Assembly: GCA_038209745.1 (NCBI GenBank)
Contig: JBBQXJ010000002.1
Coordinates: 73,644 to 137,643, forward strand
Length of the DNA stretch: 64,000 bases
Direction: 5' to 3'
From: Verrucomicrobiota bacterium
GTDB taxonomy: Bacteria > Verrucomicrobiota > Verrucomicrobiia > Limisphaerales > CANJSG01
A program made the position numbers and the translations under genes. Of this stretch, positions 1 through 10,746 are shown piece by piece. Each line of letters opens with the position of its first letter. Positions within the stretch are counted from its first letter, which is position 1. The notes beneath the pieces were generated by a model. That model was not told the origin of the DNA. It saw only the letters and a list, made by a program, of their open reading frames with translations, and searched no databases.

Positions 1-853
1 CGACTCCGAGGAAGACGCAGGGCTTGCCCCGGGCGCGGGCGATGGTGCTGTAGTTCTCGACGCCTTCCTCCGCTTTTCCGATGTCGCTGAGGCGGACGAG
101 CGTGGTGCCGACCGAGCGGATGACGAGGTTGTTGAACTCCGCCGCCGTCTTGAGTTCGCCGCGCATCTGGATGGACATCTCGCGGTCGAGGTTTTCCACC
201 TTGCCGCTGGGGAGTTCGACGTTCTGGTTGCGCAGCGCCGATTCCACGTCGAGCACGGTGACGGCGCGGGCGGCCATCTTCTCGGAATCGAGCCAGAGCC
301 GCATGGCGAAGCGTTTCTCGCCGCCGATGGTGACGGAGGAGACGCCGGGAACGCCCTGGAAGCGCGGCTTGATCTGGCGCTCGGCGATGGTGGTGAGCTC
401 CTGCGGGGTGTAGCGGTCGCTGTTCAACGCGGTCCAAAGAACGGGCTGCGCGTCCGAATCCTGCTTCGAGACGATCGGTTCCAGGATGTCGTTGGGCAGG
501 GAACCGCGAACACGGGAGACGCGGTCCCGGACGTCCTGGGCCGCGATGTCGATGTCGCGCGAGAGGTCGAACTCGATGGTGATGTTGCCGACGCCTTCGC
601 GGCTTTCGGAGCGGAGGGTCTTGATGCCCTCGATGTTGTTGATCGCCTCTTCGAGCCGTTCCGTGACCTCGGTCTCGACCACCTGGGCGTTGGCGCCGGG
701 ATAGACGGTGCTGACGCTGATGATGGGAGGATCGATGTCGGGCAGCTCGCGGACGGGGAGCCGGGTGAGCGCGATGACGCCGCCGAGCACCAGCGCGAGA
801 TTCATCATCGTCGCGAGGATCGGCCGTTGGATGGAGACTTTGGAGAGGAACAT
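1..853 (-). CDS. RND efflux permease (AcrB/AcrD/AcrF family), 3' part outside window
   Basis: Manual translation from ATG at 853: MFLSKVSIQRPILATMMNLALVLGG...LPVRELPDIDPPIISVSTVYPGANAQVVETEVTERLEEAINNIEGI; open to the window edge; follows the adaptor gene. Confidence 0.95.
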   Translation of the reverse strand, partial: MFLSKVSIQRPILATMMNLALVLGGVIALTRLPVRELPDIDPPIISVSTVYPGANAQVVETEVTERLEEAINNIEGIKTLRSESREGVGNITIEFDLSRDIDIAAQDVRDRVSRVRGSLPNDILEPIVSKQDSDAQPVLWTALNSDRYTPQELTTIAERQIKPRFQGVPGVSSVTIGGEKRFAMRLWLDSEKMAARAVTVLDVESALRNQNVELPSGKVENLDREMSIQMRGELKTAAEFNNLVIRSVGTTLVRLSDIGKAEEGVENYSTIARARGKPCVFLGV

Positions 854-869
854 CGTGAAGGTCCCTTGA

Positions 870-1949
870 TCAGTCCTTGTAGGGCGCGGCCGCCTCTTCG
901 GGTCCCAGCTTGACCGGTGCCCCGGGCCGCAGTTTCTGGACGCCTTCCACCACGACCATTTCCCCTTCGGTCAAACCGCTGACGACCTCGGCTTTGCCGG
1001 CGATGCGGAGGCCGACCTTCACCGGCTTCATCACGGCGGTGTTCGACGGGGTGATGGCGAAGACCATCGTGATGTCCCCGTTGTTGATGATGGAGGGCTC
1101 CGGGATGACCAGCGCCGCCTCGCGCAGCTGCAACGCGAGGTCGAGCCCGGCGAACATGCCGCCGCGGAGCTTGAGGTCCGGGTTGGCGATCCGGGCCTTG
1201 ACCAGCGCCGTGCGGGTGGAGGTGTCGAGCTGGGGCGCGATGAAATAGACTTCGCCGGTGAACTTTTCGCCGGGATAGGCGGCGACGTTGAAGCCGACCC
1301 TCTGCCCGATCCTGAGCTGGCGCAGGTAGCGTTCGGGCACGTTGACCTCGACCTTCACGGTGTCCAGATCGACCACCGAAGTGAGCTGGGTGGCTTTGCT
1401 GATGACCTGGCCGGCGCTGATCAGCCGGGCCCCCGCGATACCGGCGAACGGCGTGACGATCCGCGTATCCTTCATCTCGCGGCGTCGTAGCTCCACCGCG
1501 GCCTGGTTGGCGGCGAAGGTCGCCGACGCCGTGTCGAACTCCTGCTGGGAGATAAGGTGGTCGGCCAGAAGCTGCCGGGTCCGGTCAAAGGAACTCTGGG
1601 CGAGCTTGAGGTTGGCCTCGGTCTGGGAGAGCTGGGCCTGGAACTTGGAAGCGTCGAGCGCGACCAGGAGTTGGCCTTTCTCCACCCGCTGGCCTTCGTC
1701 GAAATTGATCTCGGTGACCAATCCATCCACCTCGGAGCGGACATCGATCATCTCGTTCGGCGCGATCGACCCGACCAGCGAAATGGATTCGGAGATGGGC
1801 GTTTTCTTGGCGGGAACAGCAATGACCTGGGTGGCCATACCGCCGGGAGCTCCTTTGGGGACGCCGTCGGCCGCCGGTTTCTTACCGCAGGCTGTGGAGA
1901 TCAGGAGAAGGGAAGCGGAGCAGGCTGTCGCAATGCATCTGGCAGTCAT
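870..1949 (-). CDS. RND efflux periplasmic adaptor (membrane fusion protein), probable lipoprotein
   Basis: LLLISTAC lipobox-like signal; lipoyl-like GLVTEINFDEGQRVEKGQLLV; C-terminal GLTEGEMVVVEG; start placed at MTARC. Confidence 0.93.
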   Translation of the reverse strand: MTARCIATACSASLLLISTACGKKPAADGVPKGAPGGMATQVIAVPAKKTPISESISLVGSIAPNEMIDVRSEVDGLVTEINFDEGQRVEKGQLLVALDASKFQAQLSQTEANLKLAQSSFDRTRQLLADHLISQQEFDTASATFAANQAAVELRRREMKDTRIVTPFAGIAGARLISAGQVISKATQLTSVVDLDTVKVEVNVPERYLRQLRIGQRVGFNVAAYPGEKFTGEVYFIAPQLDTSTRTALVKARIANPDLKLRGGMFAGLDLALQLREAALVIPEPSIINNGDITMVFAITPSNTAVMKPVKVGLRIAGKAEVVSGLTEGEMVVVEGVQKLRPGAPVKLGPEEAAAPYKD

Positions 1950-2048
1950 GTTGTTCACGGAAGGGTGGCAAGCTATTGGGTTCCTTCGCCATCGCAAAAT
2001 TCCCTCTTGAATGTGTTGCCGTCAGGGAGACGGCCCGCTGTCTTCCGG

Positions 2049-2501
2049 CTATTCCCGTAGTTTCGAATCGATGATCAAGGTCACAGGGCCGTCGTTGACC
2101 AGTCCCACCTGCATGTCGGCGCCGAAGATTCCGCTGGGGATGGTGCGCCCCAAGAGATCCTCCAGCTTCTGGCGGAAGGCTTTGTAGAGCGGGATCGCGA
2201 GTTTGGGTTTGGCGGCGCGATGCCACGAAGGGCGAGTGCCTTTCCTGTTGCTGGGCAGCAGCGTGAACTGGCTGACGAGGAGAATGTCGCCGCCAGCTTC
2301 GATCACGGATCGGTTCATAGTGCCAGATTCGTCGTCGAAGACGTGGAGCTGGACGAGCTTGTTGACCAACCAATTGATGTCGTCCGCAGTGTCCGTCGGT
2401 TCGACGCCAAACAACACCAGTAGCCCCGGCCCGATGGATCCCACCGTTTCTCCGCCCGTCCGGACATTGGCTTCGGTGACACGTTGGAGGACGAGGCGCA
2501 C
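2049..2501 (-). CDS. dtd: D-aminoacyl-tRNA deacylase
   Basis: (V)RLVLQRV start, SQFTL and NDGPVT motifs; GTG start at 2501. Confidence 0.95.
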   Translation of the reverse strand: MRLVLQRVTEANVRTGGETVGSIGPGLLVLFGVEPTDTADDINWLVNKLVQLHVFDDESGTMNRSVIEAGGDILLVSQFTLLPSNRKGTRPSWHRAAKPKLAIPLYKAFRQKLEDLLGRTIPSGIFGADMQVGLVNDGPVTLIIDSKLRE

Positions 2502-2927
2502 ATGGCGATTCCACTCCCGAGCCGCTCCGAGCACAAGACGGTTGAGTTGCCCTTGGCTGGTCGCAGTCTCCACTTGGGGCGAGCGGTTCACGGATTCTAG
2601 GGTTGGCAAAAACGAGAGAAGTGACCCATCGGAGGACGGATTTCTGGAGAAAGAGTGGTCGCGACCTGTTTTCCGGCAGCCTGCACGTCGGTCGATGGCC
2701 ATCCAAGTTATCTCATCGGAAGGTCCGGCTGCGGTTACGGTCCGAAGAGATTTGCCGAAAGACTTTGCTTGTTTGCCGAAACGAGTCACATTGCGCACCT
2801 GTTTGATAGCTTGTCGCTTTCAAGGCATGGGAATCCTCAGTTGAAGTCAATTCAGTGATGATTTTAGACCCGATCGTCGGGAACAGTCTGGAAATAGCAG
2901 CAGTCAGTTCAGGATAGTAATCATCAT

Positions 2928-3281
<354 letters not shown>

Positions 3282-3306
3282 GCGACCCTGCTATTTGTTT
3301 TCACAC

Positions 3307-3332
3307 AGGCCCGGCGAAAGCCGGGCCTTTTT
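3307..3332 (+). terminator. Rho-independent terminator
   Basis: aggcccggc-gaaa-gccgggcct hairpin followed by T run, downstream of the RRM gene. Confidence 0.85.
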
Positions 3333-3382
3333 CGTGCTCAGATTGGCTTGGACCGAGCGGCGGAAGAGACGACGCAGCAGTG

Positions 3383-4168
3383 TCAGAGGTCGACTCCCGT
3401 GACGGCCACTCCCAAACGCTGGATTTTCTTGAGAATTGGAGCGGTTTCCGGGGTTCGGTTGGTGAAGAGATGGTCCAGCTCGCGCACGGAACAAAGCTCG
3501 CACATGGCTTGGCGTCCGATCTTGGAATGGTCCGCCAGCACGACCAGCTTCGCGGCCTGTTCAATCATCAGCTTCTCGCTGGCGAGAACGGTTTCGTTGT
3601 AGTTCGCGACTCCTTTCTCATCCACGCCGGCCGCGCCGAGGAAAGCCCATTGGGCGTGGTAGCGCCGGATGAAGTCCTCCGCCTGCGGGCCGACGACCAA
3701 TCCCGACTCGGGCTCCAGCAAGCCGCCGGCAAGATAGACTTCCGCGCCGAGCTTGCCGGCCTTGAGGCGGTCGATGGCCTGGGCGATGACGAGCGAGTTG
3801 GTGATGACGCGGATGCGTTTCAGCGCGATGAACTCGGCCAATTGGAACGTCGTCGTGCCGCCGTCGATCATGACCACGTCGCCGTCCTTCAGCAGTTCGG
3901 CGGTGGCGCGGGCGATGGCGCGTTTGGCATCGATCTCCTGTTCCAGTCGTTTGGCGAAGGCGGGTGGTCCCATCTGCAACGCCCTCGGACCGGCCAACCG
4001 GATGCCGCCCCAGGTGCGTTCGACCTGACCGGTCTGCTCCAATTCCACGAAGGCACGCCGGATCGTCGCCGGCGACACGGTCAGCCGCTCACAGGCTTCC
4101 ATGAGCGACAACTCGGGATCGTCCTGCAGGAGCTGGAGGATCTGCTTGAGGCGGAGACGGCGTTTCAT
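3383..4168 (-). CDS. DeoR/GlpR family transcriptional regulator
   Basis: HTH VSPATIRR, IDGGTTT, ITNSL, LADHSK; divergent from the sugar aldolase. Confidence 0.93.
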   Translation of the reverse strand: MKRRLRLKQILQLLQDDPELSLMEACERLTVSPATIRRAFVELEQTGQVERTWGGIRLAGPRALQMGPPAFAKRLEQEIDAKRAIARATAELLKDGDVVMIDGGTTTFQLAEFIALKRIRVITNSLVIAQAIDRLKAGKLGAEVYLAGGLLEPESGLVVGPQAEDFIRRYHAQWAFLGAAGVDEKGVANYNETVLASEKLMIEQAAKLVVLADHSKIGRQAMCELCSVRELDHLFTNRTPETAPILKKIQRLGVAVTGVDL

Positions 4169-4173
4169 GAGGA

Positions 4174-4304
4174 AGACACGAATTTCACGAATTTCCACGA
4201 ATGACCGGAACGGGCCATAACACATCAGATTCGAGGACGAGGCGAGCCAGCCAAACGAACGAAGCCGTCGCTGCGATTCGTGCCAATTGGTGCAATTCGT
4301 GTCT
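4174..4304. repeat. Inverted-repeat element built from periodic CACGAAT units
   Basis: agacacgaatttcacgaatttccacgaat ... attcgtgccaattggtgcaattcgtgtct. Confidence 0.7.
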
Positions 4305-4398
4305 CACAGAAGTCGCAAAGTTTGTGTTTGACGCTGCGAACAAATTCTTCAGATTTCGCTCATAAATCAATCACTTTGATTTCCGACCTTTTCCAAAC

Positions 4399-6591
4399 AT
4401 GAGCACCTTCAAATACGTCTCGAACCTCTGGAACGACGCCGAAGCCGCCAAACTGACCGGCGCCGACCGGCTCGTTTATCGTTCCAACAAGCTCGGCAGT
4501 GACCAGCGCATCACCAACACCGGCGGTGGCAACACCTCGTCCAAGCTCTCCGAGAAGGACCCGCTCACCGGCCAGGACACGACCGTGCTCTGGGTGAAGG
4601 GTTCCGGCGGCGATCTCCGCACCAGCAAGCTTGAGAACTTCTCGTCGCTGTATCAGGACAAGCTGCTGGGCCTGAGAGGGATCTACGCCGCCCGCTCCGA
4701 CAAGGGCCTCAAGTCGCAGGCCGAAGACGACATGGTGGGAATGTTCTCCCACACCACCTTCAACCTGAACCCGCGCGCCTCGTCCATCGACACGACGCTC
4801 CACAGCTTCATTTCCGGCACGTTCGTAGACCACATGCATCCGAACGCCATCATCTCCGTCGCTGCCAGCGCACGTTGCGTTGAGCTGACGAAGGAGATTT
4901 TCGGCGGCGAAATGGCTTACGTGCCCTGGATGCGCCCCGGCTTCGAGCTCGGGCTGGCGATGCAGGAAATCGTGCAGAAGAATCCGAAGATCAAGGCCAT
5001 CATGATGGGCCAACACGGCTTCATCTCCTGGGCCGAGGACGACAAGGATTGCTATTTCGCCACGCTCGGATTCATCGAGAAGGCCGCCGCCTACATCGAG
5101 GCCAAGTATCAGGCCAAAGGTGGCGACGCGACCGCCTTCGGCGGACAGAAATACCAGACGCTTCCCGAGGCGGCCCGCCGCCAGGCGTTTGCCGCCATTC
5201 TCCCATGGTTGCGCGGGCAGGTCAGCCAACACCGCCGCTTAATCGGCACCGTGCAGGACGACGAGAAGATCCTGCGCTTCGTGAACTCAGCCGACGCCCC
5301 GCGCCTGGCCGAACTCGGCACCAGCTGCCCCGACCATTTCCTCCGCACCAAGATCAAGCCGCTCTACGTCGATTGGAATCCGCAGTTGGAAGACGCCGCC
5401 GCGCTCAAGGCGAAGTTGAAGGTCGGCCTCGATCAGTATCGCGAGGACTACGCGACGTATTACGAGAAGTGCAAACACGCCAACTCCCCGGCGATGCGCG
5501 ATGCGAATCCGACGGTCATCCTCATTCCCGGCCTTGGCATGATCGCGTGGGGCAAGGACAAGTCCGAGAGCCGCGTCACCGCCGAGTTCTACAACTGCGC
5601 CGTTGAAGTCATGCGCGGAGCCGAGGCCATCGACCAATACATCGCGCTGCCGCAGCAGGAGGCCTTCGACATCGAGTATTGGCTGTTGGAAGAAGCGAAG
5701 CTGAAGCGCATGCCGGCCGAGAAGGAACTCGCCCGCCAGATCGTCGTCGTCATCGGTGCCGGCTCCGGCATCGGCAAGGAAACCGCCCATCGTCTCTGCA
5801 AAGAAGGCGCGCAGATCGTCTGCGTGGATCTCAACGAAGCCGCCGCCAAGGCCACGGCCGACGAGATCACGGCCAAGCTGGGGCAGGGGATCGGTGTCGC
5901 CGGCAGCGGCATCAGCGGTTGCGGCCCGTCTATCGGGCTCGCGGCCAACATCACCGACCGCGCCAGCATCCGCGTCATGCTCGACCAGGTCGCGCTGGCC
6001 TACGGGGGGTTTGATTCCATCGCCGTCACCGCCGGCATCTTCGTGCCCAGCGACACCACCGGCCACATTCCCGACGACAAGTGGGCGCTCACCTTCGGCA
6101 TCAACGTCACCGGTAGCTATCTCGTGGCCGACGAGGCGTTCAAGACGTGGAAGGAACAGGGTCTGCGCGGCAACCTAGTCCTGACCACCAGCGCCAACGC
6201 CGTCGTGGCCAAGAAGGGCAGCGTGGCCTACGACTGCTCCAAGGCCGCCGCCAACCATCTGGTGCGCGAACTCTCCATCGAACTCAGCCCGCTGGTCCGC
6301 GTGAACGGCGTTGCTCCGGCCACTGTGGTCCAGGGCTCCGCCATGTTCCCGCGCGACCGCGTGATCGGTTCGCTGGCCAAATACAGCATCCCCTACACGG
6401 ACGACGAGGCGACCGAATCGCTGGTGAAGAAGCTGGCCCAGTTCTACGCCGACCGGACCCTGACCAAGTCGCCCATCACCCCGGCCGACCAAGCCGAAGC
6501 CTACTTCTTGCTGGTGACCAATCGCCTCAGCAAAACCACCGGCCAAGTCATCACCGTGGACGGCGGCCTGCACGAAGCGTTTTTGAGGTAG
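4399..6591 (+). CDS. Bifunctional rhamnulose-1-phosphate aldolase / short-chain dehydrogenase
   Basis: GGGNTSSK, KGSGGDL, DHMHP, GTSCPDHFLRTK, FDIEYWLLEEAKL; SDR GAGSGIG and YDCSK. Confidence 0.93.
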   Translation: MSTFKYVSNLWNDAEAAKLTGADRLVYRSNKLGSDQRITNTGGGNTSSKLSEKDPLTGQDTTVLWVKGSGGDLRTSKLENFSSLYQDKLLGLRGIYAARSDKGLKSQAEDDMVGMFSHTTFNLNPRASSIDTTLHSFISGTFVDHMHPNAIISVAASARCVELTKEIFGGEMAYVPWMRPGFELGLAMQEIVQKNPKIKAIMMGQHGFISWAEDDKDCYFATLGFIEKAAAYIEAKYQAKGGDATAFGGQKYQTLPEAARRQAFAAILPWLRGQVSQHRRLIGTVQDDEKILRFVNSADAPRLAELGTSCPDHFLRTKIKPLYVDWNPQLEDAAALKAKLKVGLDQYREDYATYYEKCKHANSPAMRDANPTVILIPGLGMIAWGKDKSESRVTAEFYNCAVEVMRGAEAIDQYIALPQQEAFDIEYWLLEEAKLKRMPAEKELARQIVVVIGAGSGIGKETAHRLCKEGAQIVCVDLNEAAAKATADEITAKLGQGIGVAGSGISGCGPSIGLAANITDRASIRVMLDQVALAYGGFDSIAVTAGIFVPSDTTGHIPDDKWALTFGINVTGSYLVADEAFKTWKEQGLRGNLVLTTSANAVVAKKGSVAYDCSKAAANHLVRELSIELSPLVRVNGVAPATVVQGSAMFPRDRVIGSLAKYSIPYTDDEATESLVKKLAQFYADRTLTKSPITPADQAEAYFLLVTNRLSKTTGQVITVDGGLHEAFLR

Positions 6592-6594
6592 CCC

Positions 6595-6694
6595 GTAGCC
6601 ACGCTCGTGAGAGCGCGCCAATTGGTTCGAGACTCGATCAGCGCCGACCGACAAACGGTGGCTACAAATCCCGTAGCCGCCGACGTCAGTCGGC
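6595..6694. repeat. REP-like GTAG palindromes
   Basis: GTAGCCAC...GTGGCTAC inverted pair (6595-6665) and GTAGCCGCCGACGTCAGTCGGC hairpin (6673-6694). Confidence 0.7.
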
Positions 6695-6729
6695 CCTAAC
6701 TCTTTTCCTTGCCCGAGGACGATCACGCC

Positions 6730-6852
6730 ATGCCCAAAAAGCGTTCGTCATTCTCCCACTACCTTCCGCGTCTCAAGCGCGAGTTCTATCTGGCCGACGC
6801 CGTCGTCTTCTGGACCCTTCCCATCGCCCACCGGACCGAGGCTGGCTCAACT
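6730..6852 (+). pseudogene. Truncated, frameshifted N-terminus of a REP-associated tyrosine (Y1) transposase-like protein
   Basis: MPKKRSSFSHYLPRLKREFYLADAVVFWTL then GWLN in another frame; adjacent to GTAG REPs; no HuH motif left. Confidence 0.5.
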
Positions 6853-7031
6853 TTCGGGGAGCACGCCAAGTTGGCACGCATCAAAAACCAAGCAGTTTCG
6901 TTTTTTTTGAATGCTGATTAAGGCAGCTGCTTCAGGTTGGTTGAGCATTGGATTTCTCGGTGAGGCTTATTGGCGCGAAACTAGCCCCATTGTTCGAACA
7001 TTTCGTTACACACACACACATCCGGTTCCGA

Positions 7032-7427
7032 TCAGATAGGGTTTTCCGCCAGACCCTTGGCCCAGCTTTTTTGGCAGAGATTTCCATCCAGAGTGGCCAG
7101 CTTCAGGCCATTTACTGTCGCCAGTCGGGTCAAATGGGCGTCCGAGACGTCACGATGGGTTCCAAGCTCAGGCAGTGAAGTAGCTGCGGTGCCGTCCGTG
7201 ACAAATTGGTGGGTCGGCATCTCGACCATCGCCCGCAAAACGCGCTGGGCATCCGCGAACGACGCTCCATAAGCCGGTCCAATGCTGATCCGGATGAAGC
7301 CCATTTGAGTGACGGGACAGGTTGCGAAGGAATCGAGCGAGTCCAGCCATCGGTTGGCGGCGGCGTGGTGCGAATGGGCGCTCCAGCCGCACGCCAAGAG
7401 CAGGTTCGCGTCTAGCAGATGGCTCAA
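7032..7427 (-). CDS. PIN-domain toxin (VapC family)
   Basis: HLLDANLLLA, D-A-H-L and LATLD PIN motifs; overlaps the antitoxin stop. Confidence 0.9.
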   Translation of the reverse strand: MSHLLDANLLLACGWSAHSHHAAANRWLDSLDSFATCPVTQMGFIRISIGPAYGASFADAQRVLRAMVEMPTHQFVTDGTAATSLPELGTHRDVSDAHLTRLATVNGLKLATLDGNLCQKSWAKGLAENPI

Positions 7428-7675
7428 GGGAAGTCCTCCAGCAGCGTCTTTACCAGTTCAGGCGTCATAGGCGGTGCTCCTTTGGGAGCGACCAACACCG
7501 GTCGGCCAAACTTTCCTTTGATCAACTTGGCCCGCTTGGGTTGGTCACGCTGGATGATCAGCCGCTGGCCTTCCATTTTCAGTTCGACCCGATCGCCGGG
7601 CTGGAGGTGCAGCGCCCTGCGGATGCTGCTGGGGATGACCAACTGCCCCTTGGTGGACAACGTCGCCGTGCTCAT
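7424..7675 (-). CDS. AbrB/MazE/SpoVT-family antitoxin
   Basis: ATLSTKGQLVIPSSIRRALHLQPGDRV; directly upstream of the PIN toxin. Confidence 0.92.
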   Translation of the reverse strand: MSTATLSTKGQLVIPSSIRRALHLQPGDRVELKMEGQRLIIQRDQPKRAKLIKGKFGRPVLVAPKGAPPMTPELVKTLLEDFP

Positions 7676-7695
7676 GCCCGTTTGTCTTACTTGGC

Positions 7696-9267
7696 TTACT
7701 CATTTCCGGCAAGCCGACATAGTTGATCCACCCAGCGCATTTGGGTCTTGTTCGGCTGAGCGGGTAGAAGCATCGGCTTCCGCCCGATCTCCGTCGTCGC
7801 GTCCCATTGGTCGAAGTAGAGGTTCTTGCCGTCGACTTCTACTTCGCCGCGCTGGAAGTCGGCGGGTTCGGAGCGGAGGGATTCTTTGGGCGGGAAGAGT
7901 TCGCGGCCCCAGTCGAGGTTCACGATCATCCGGTAGCTGTCCTGGTGGCCGCAGTAGAAGTCGGCGATGCGGGGATCGTCCGACTCCTGCACGCCATAGG
8001 AAGCGTCGGCGGGGAGCCAGCCCCAGGGCGCGATGTAGATCTCGGACCAGTCGTGCATGCCAGATTGGCTGGGCTCGGTCTCGTAGCCGCTCTGCCAGCG
8101 GGCCGGGACGCCGGCGATGCGGCACATCGTCACGAAGACGGAGCTCTGCACGCCGCAGTCGCCGCGGCGGTCGGTGAAGCCTTTGAGGGCGAGGGACGGG
8201 ATGATGCAATACTCGTCCTCCGCGTTCCACGGGACGTTGGCGCTGACCCAGCGGAAGATGCGGCGGGCTTTGGCCAGCGCGTTGGTTTCCTGGCCGATGA
8301 TAGTGGCGACTTGGGTGCGGATTTCCGGGGTGAAAACGAGATGGGGTGGACGCTCGTTCAAACAAGCTCCGTCCCAATCGGCAGGCAGCGGCTGCACTTT
8401 CGCTTCGTCGAGCCGGGGATAGTAGGCAAAGGAGTCGAAACTTAGGACCAGCTTGAACTCGATCGGTCTCGTCGGATCGGCGACGCGTTGCTCGAAGTAG
8501 ACTGTGCGTTGGGCCCCGGCGGTGACGGGATTCCCGTCCTTGCCATTGGGGGCGATCTGTTTTGGCTCGGGCGTGGCGCGGATGAGTTTGACGTTGTGCT
8601 GCTGGCGGTATTCTTGGGGAAACGGCAGCCAAGCCCGGACGAGCGAACCGGTCCTGATGCCCGGCGTGTTCGCCGGAATCGTCAGGGTGTGGGTGACCTC
8701 GTGATGGACAGGCTGGACTTCGGTTCGGCCAGTGCGGTCCGCTTCGGCCACGATCTCTTTCAGATGATCGCCGAGTTTCCACTCGCGTTCAGGCGGCGCA
8801 TTGCCCGCCTGTTTGCGGCGCGTTTTGGCCTCGTCGCAGAAGAGAAAAATGTTCTGGGACGCGCGGCGGAAGAACCGCTTTTGGCCGTCGATCATCCTGT
8901 GGCGGGCATGGCTCGCCTTGGCCCAGCGGTCGACTTCGCTCGCGGTGGCTTCGGGCACCGACTGCTTGACGTTGGCCAGCAGACCGTCGGCATCCAACGA
9001 ATACTCGACCCGGATGCGCCGGACGATCTCGGCGGCTTCGCTTCGATCCCGCAGGGCTTTCGGGTCCCCTGTCTTGGAGCTTGCGGCGAGCTGGGATCCG
9101 GCTTCCTTGAACCGGCCCTTCTCCAGCAGCGCGAAGGCCCTGGTCACGACCGGGTCTTTGGAAGTGAAAGCCGACGAAGCCCCCGACGGCTCGTTTGCCG
9201 GGGCCGAGTTGGCGGCTGCCGTCATCAGGATCAATGCGCCAGCCAGAAGAATTGAGGTCGGCCTCAT
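7696..9267 (-). CDS. Secreted transglutaminase-like domain protein
   Basis: Signal peptide MRPTSILLAGALILM; Cys-His-Asp triad GDCG, HDWSE, WLPADAS. Confidence 0.88.
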   Translation of the reverse strand: MRPTSILLAGALILMTAAANSAPANEPSGASSAFTSKDPVVTRAFALLEKGRFKEAGSQLAASSKTGDPKALRDRSEAAEIVRRIRVEYSLDADGLLANVKQSVPEATASEVDRWAKASHARHRMIDGQKRFFRRASQNIFLFCDEAKTRRKQAGNAPPEREWKLGDHLKEIVAEADRTGRTEVQPVHHEVTHTLTIPANTPGIRTGSLVRAWLPFPQEYRQQHNVKLIRATPEPKQIAPNGKDGNPVTAGAQRTVYFEQRVADPTRPIEFKLVLSFDSFAYYPRLDEAKVQPLPADWDGACLNERPPHLVFTPEIRTQVATIIGQETNALAKARRIFRWVSANVPWNAEDEYCIIPSLALKGFTDRRGDCGVQSSVFVTMCRIAGVPARWQSGYETEPSQSGMHDWSEIYIAPWGWLPADASYGVQESDDPRIADFYCGHQDSYRMIVNLDWGRELFPPKESLRSEPADFQRGEVEVDGKNLYFDQWDATTEIGRKPMLLPAQPNKTQMRWVDQLCRLAGNE

Positions 9268-9705
9268 TGGCGGAAGAGTCTGGGTTCGTGTTCGAAGTGG
9301 AGATGCCCCCCGGATTGGGGAAGTCCAATGACGATTACCGCGCAACCGGCGCGGCGAACATTTCCCCGCGACCCGAGTCCACGCAGACGACGGCGGTGGG
9401 TCTGAACGCCCGCTTCCGTGGATTCGGGGCGAGTTGACCGGATCAAGAGGAGCGGTTTCAGGGCGGGGAGTCGAACATCCGGCCCGGTCGGAGCAGGCGC
9501 GGGTGAACGCGGCCAAGATCCACGCGGCGGATCCGGCCGGCTTCTTCCAAATGCCTGGGATGCGCTGTCTGGAGGGCGGTTGAAGGAAACGTTTCTCTAT
9601 GTGAACCAGCCTAGTGCGTTGGTGCCGGAGGCATCCGGACGGGAGGCGACGATTCGTGCGATCGGGCAGTCGGACTCGACGCCGGGTGGGAAGTGATCCT
9701 GGCAA

Positions 9706-9739
9706 ATGAAAGCCGCCGGGAGGAACTCCCGGCGGCTTC
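9706..9739 (-). terminator. Rho-independent terminator of tal
   Basis: aagccgccgggag-gaa-ctcccggcggctt stem; T-rich tail on the minus strand. Confidence 0.75.
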
Positions 9740-9762
9740 GAAGAACGATTCTGCGTTGACGA

Positions 9763-10728
9763 CTACAGCCCGAGCTTGGGCCCGATGGCCTTCTCCAGCT
9801 TGATGGTGTCGATGCCGAACTGGCGGATGCCTTCGGCGAGCTTCTCGGTCGCCATGGGGTCTTCGTTGTGCATCCAGCGGAACGACTTTTCGTCGAGGTG
9901 GATCTTGGCGTCTTTGTTGACGGAAGTCGCCTTGGAGGCGTCGAGCTTGCGGGTGAGTTCGCCGGTGCCCTTTTGGAGTTCTTCCAAAAGCTGCGGGCTG
10001 ATGGTCAGGAGGTCGCAGCCGGCGAGTTCGGTGATTTCACCGAGGTTGCGGAAGGAGGCGCCCATGACCTCGGTCTTGTAGCCGTGGGTCTTGTAGTAGT
10101 TGTAGATGCGGGTGACGGAAACGACTCCGGGATCTTCGGCCGGGGCGTAGTCGGTCTTGCCGGTGCTCTTCTTGTGCCAGTCGAGAATGCGGCCGACGAA
10201 GGGAGAGATGAGCTGGACGCCCGCCTCGGCACAGGCGATGGCTTGGGCGAAGGAGAAAAGAAGGGTGAGGTTGCAGTTGATGCCTTCCTTCTTCAGCACT
10301 GCAGCGGCCTGGATGCCTTCCCAGGTGGAGGCGAGCTTGATCAAGACGCGTTCGCGGGAGATGCCGGCGGCGTCGTAGAGGCCGATGAGCTTGCGCGCTT
10401 TGGCGAGGGAGCCTTCGTAGTCGAAGCTCAGGCGGGCGTCGACCTCGGTGGAGACACGATGGGGGACGATCTTGAGGATTTCGACGCCGAACGCGACCGA
10501 GAGCCGGTCGAGGGCGTCTTCGAGGCGCTGCGGGCCAGTGAGACTTGCGGGGACGGACTTCAGGGTCGCGTCGATCAGCTCGGCGTATTCCGGCATGGTC
10601 GCGGCCTTGAGGAGCAGGCTGGGATTGGTCGTAGCGTCACGCGGGGTGTATTTCCGCATGGCGGCGAAGTCGCCGGTGTCTGCCACGATGAGGCTGAAGT
10701 TTTTGATCTGGGTGAGGAGGTCGTTCAT
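9763..10728 (-). CDS. tal: Transaldolase
   Basis: [36 protein letters not shown]. Confidence 0.97.
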   Translation of the reverse strand: MNDLLTQIKNFSLIVADTGDFAAMRKYTPRDATTNPSLLLKAATMPEYAELIDATLKSVPASLTGPQRLEDALDRLSVAFGVEILKIVPHRVSTEVDARLSFDYEGSLAKARKLIGLYDAAGISRERVLIKLASTWEGIQAAAVLKKEGINCNLTLLFSFAQAIACAEAGVQLISPFVGRILDWHKKSTGKTDYAPAEDPGVVSVTRIYNYYKTHGYKTEVMGASFRNLGEITELAGCDLLTISPQLLEELQKGTGELTRKLDASKATSVNKDAKIHLDEKSFRWMHNEDPMATEKLAEGIRQFGIDTIKLEKAIGPKLGL

Positions 10729-10746
10729 GGGAAGAGACAAACGTAT

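Noticed and set aside
6991..7000. Palindrome TGTTCGAACA resembling a Verrucomicrobia LexA box
   Set aside because: It lacks the 4-bp spacer (TGTTC-N4-GAACA) and lies between convergent gene ends.
9270..9700. 430-bp intergenic region as a possible ncRNA or riboswitch
   Set aside because: No recognisable conserved motif; a covariance-model search would be needed.
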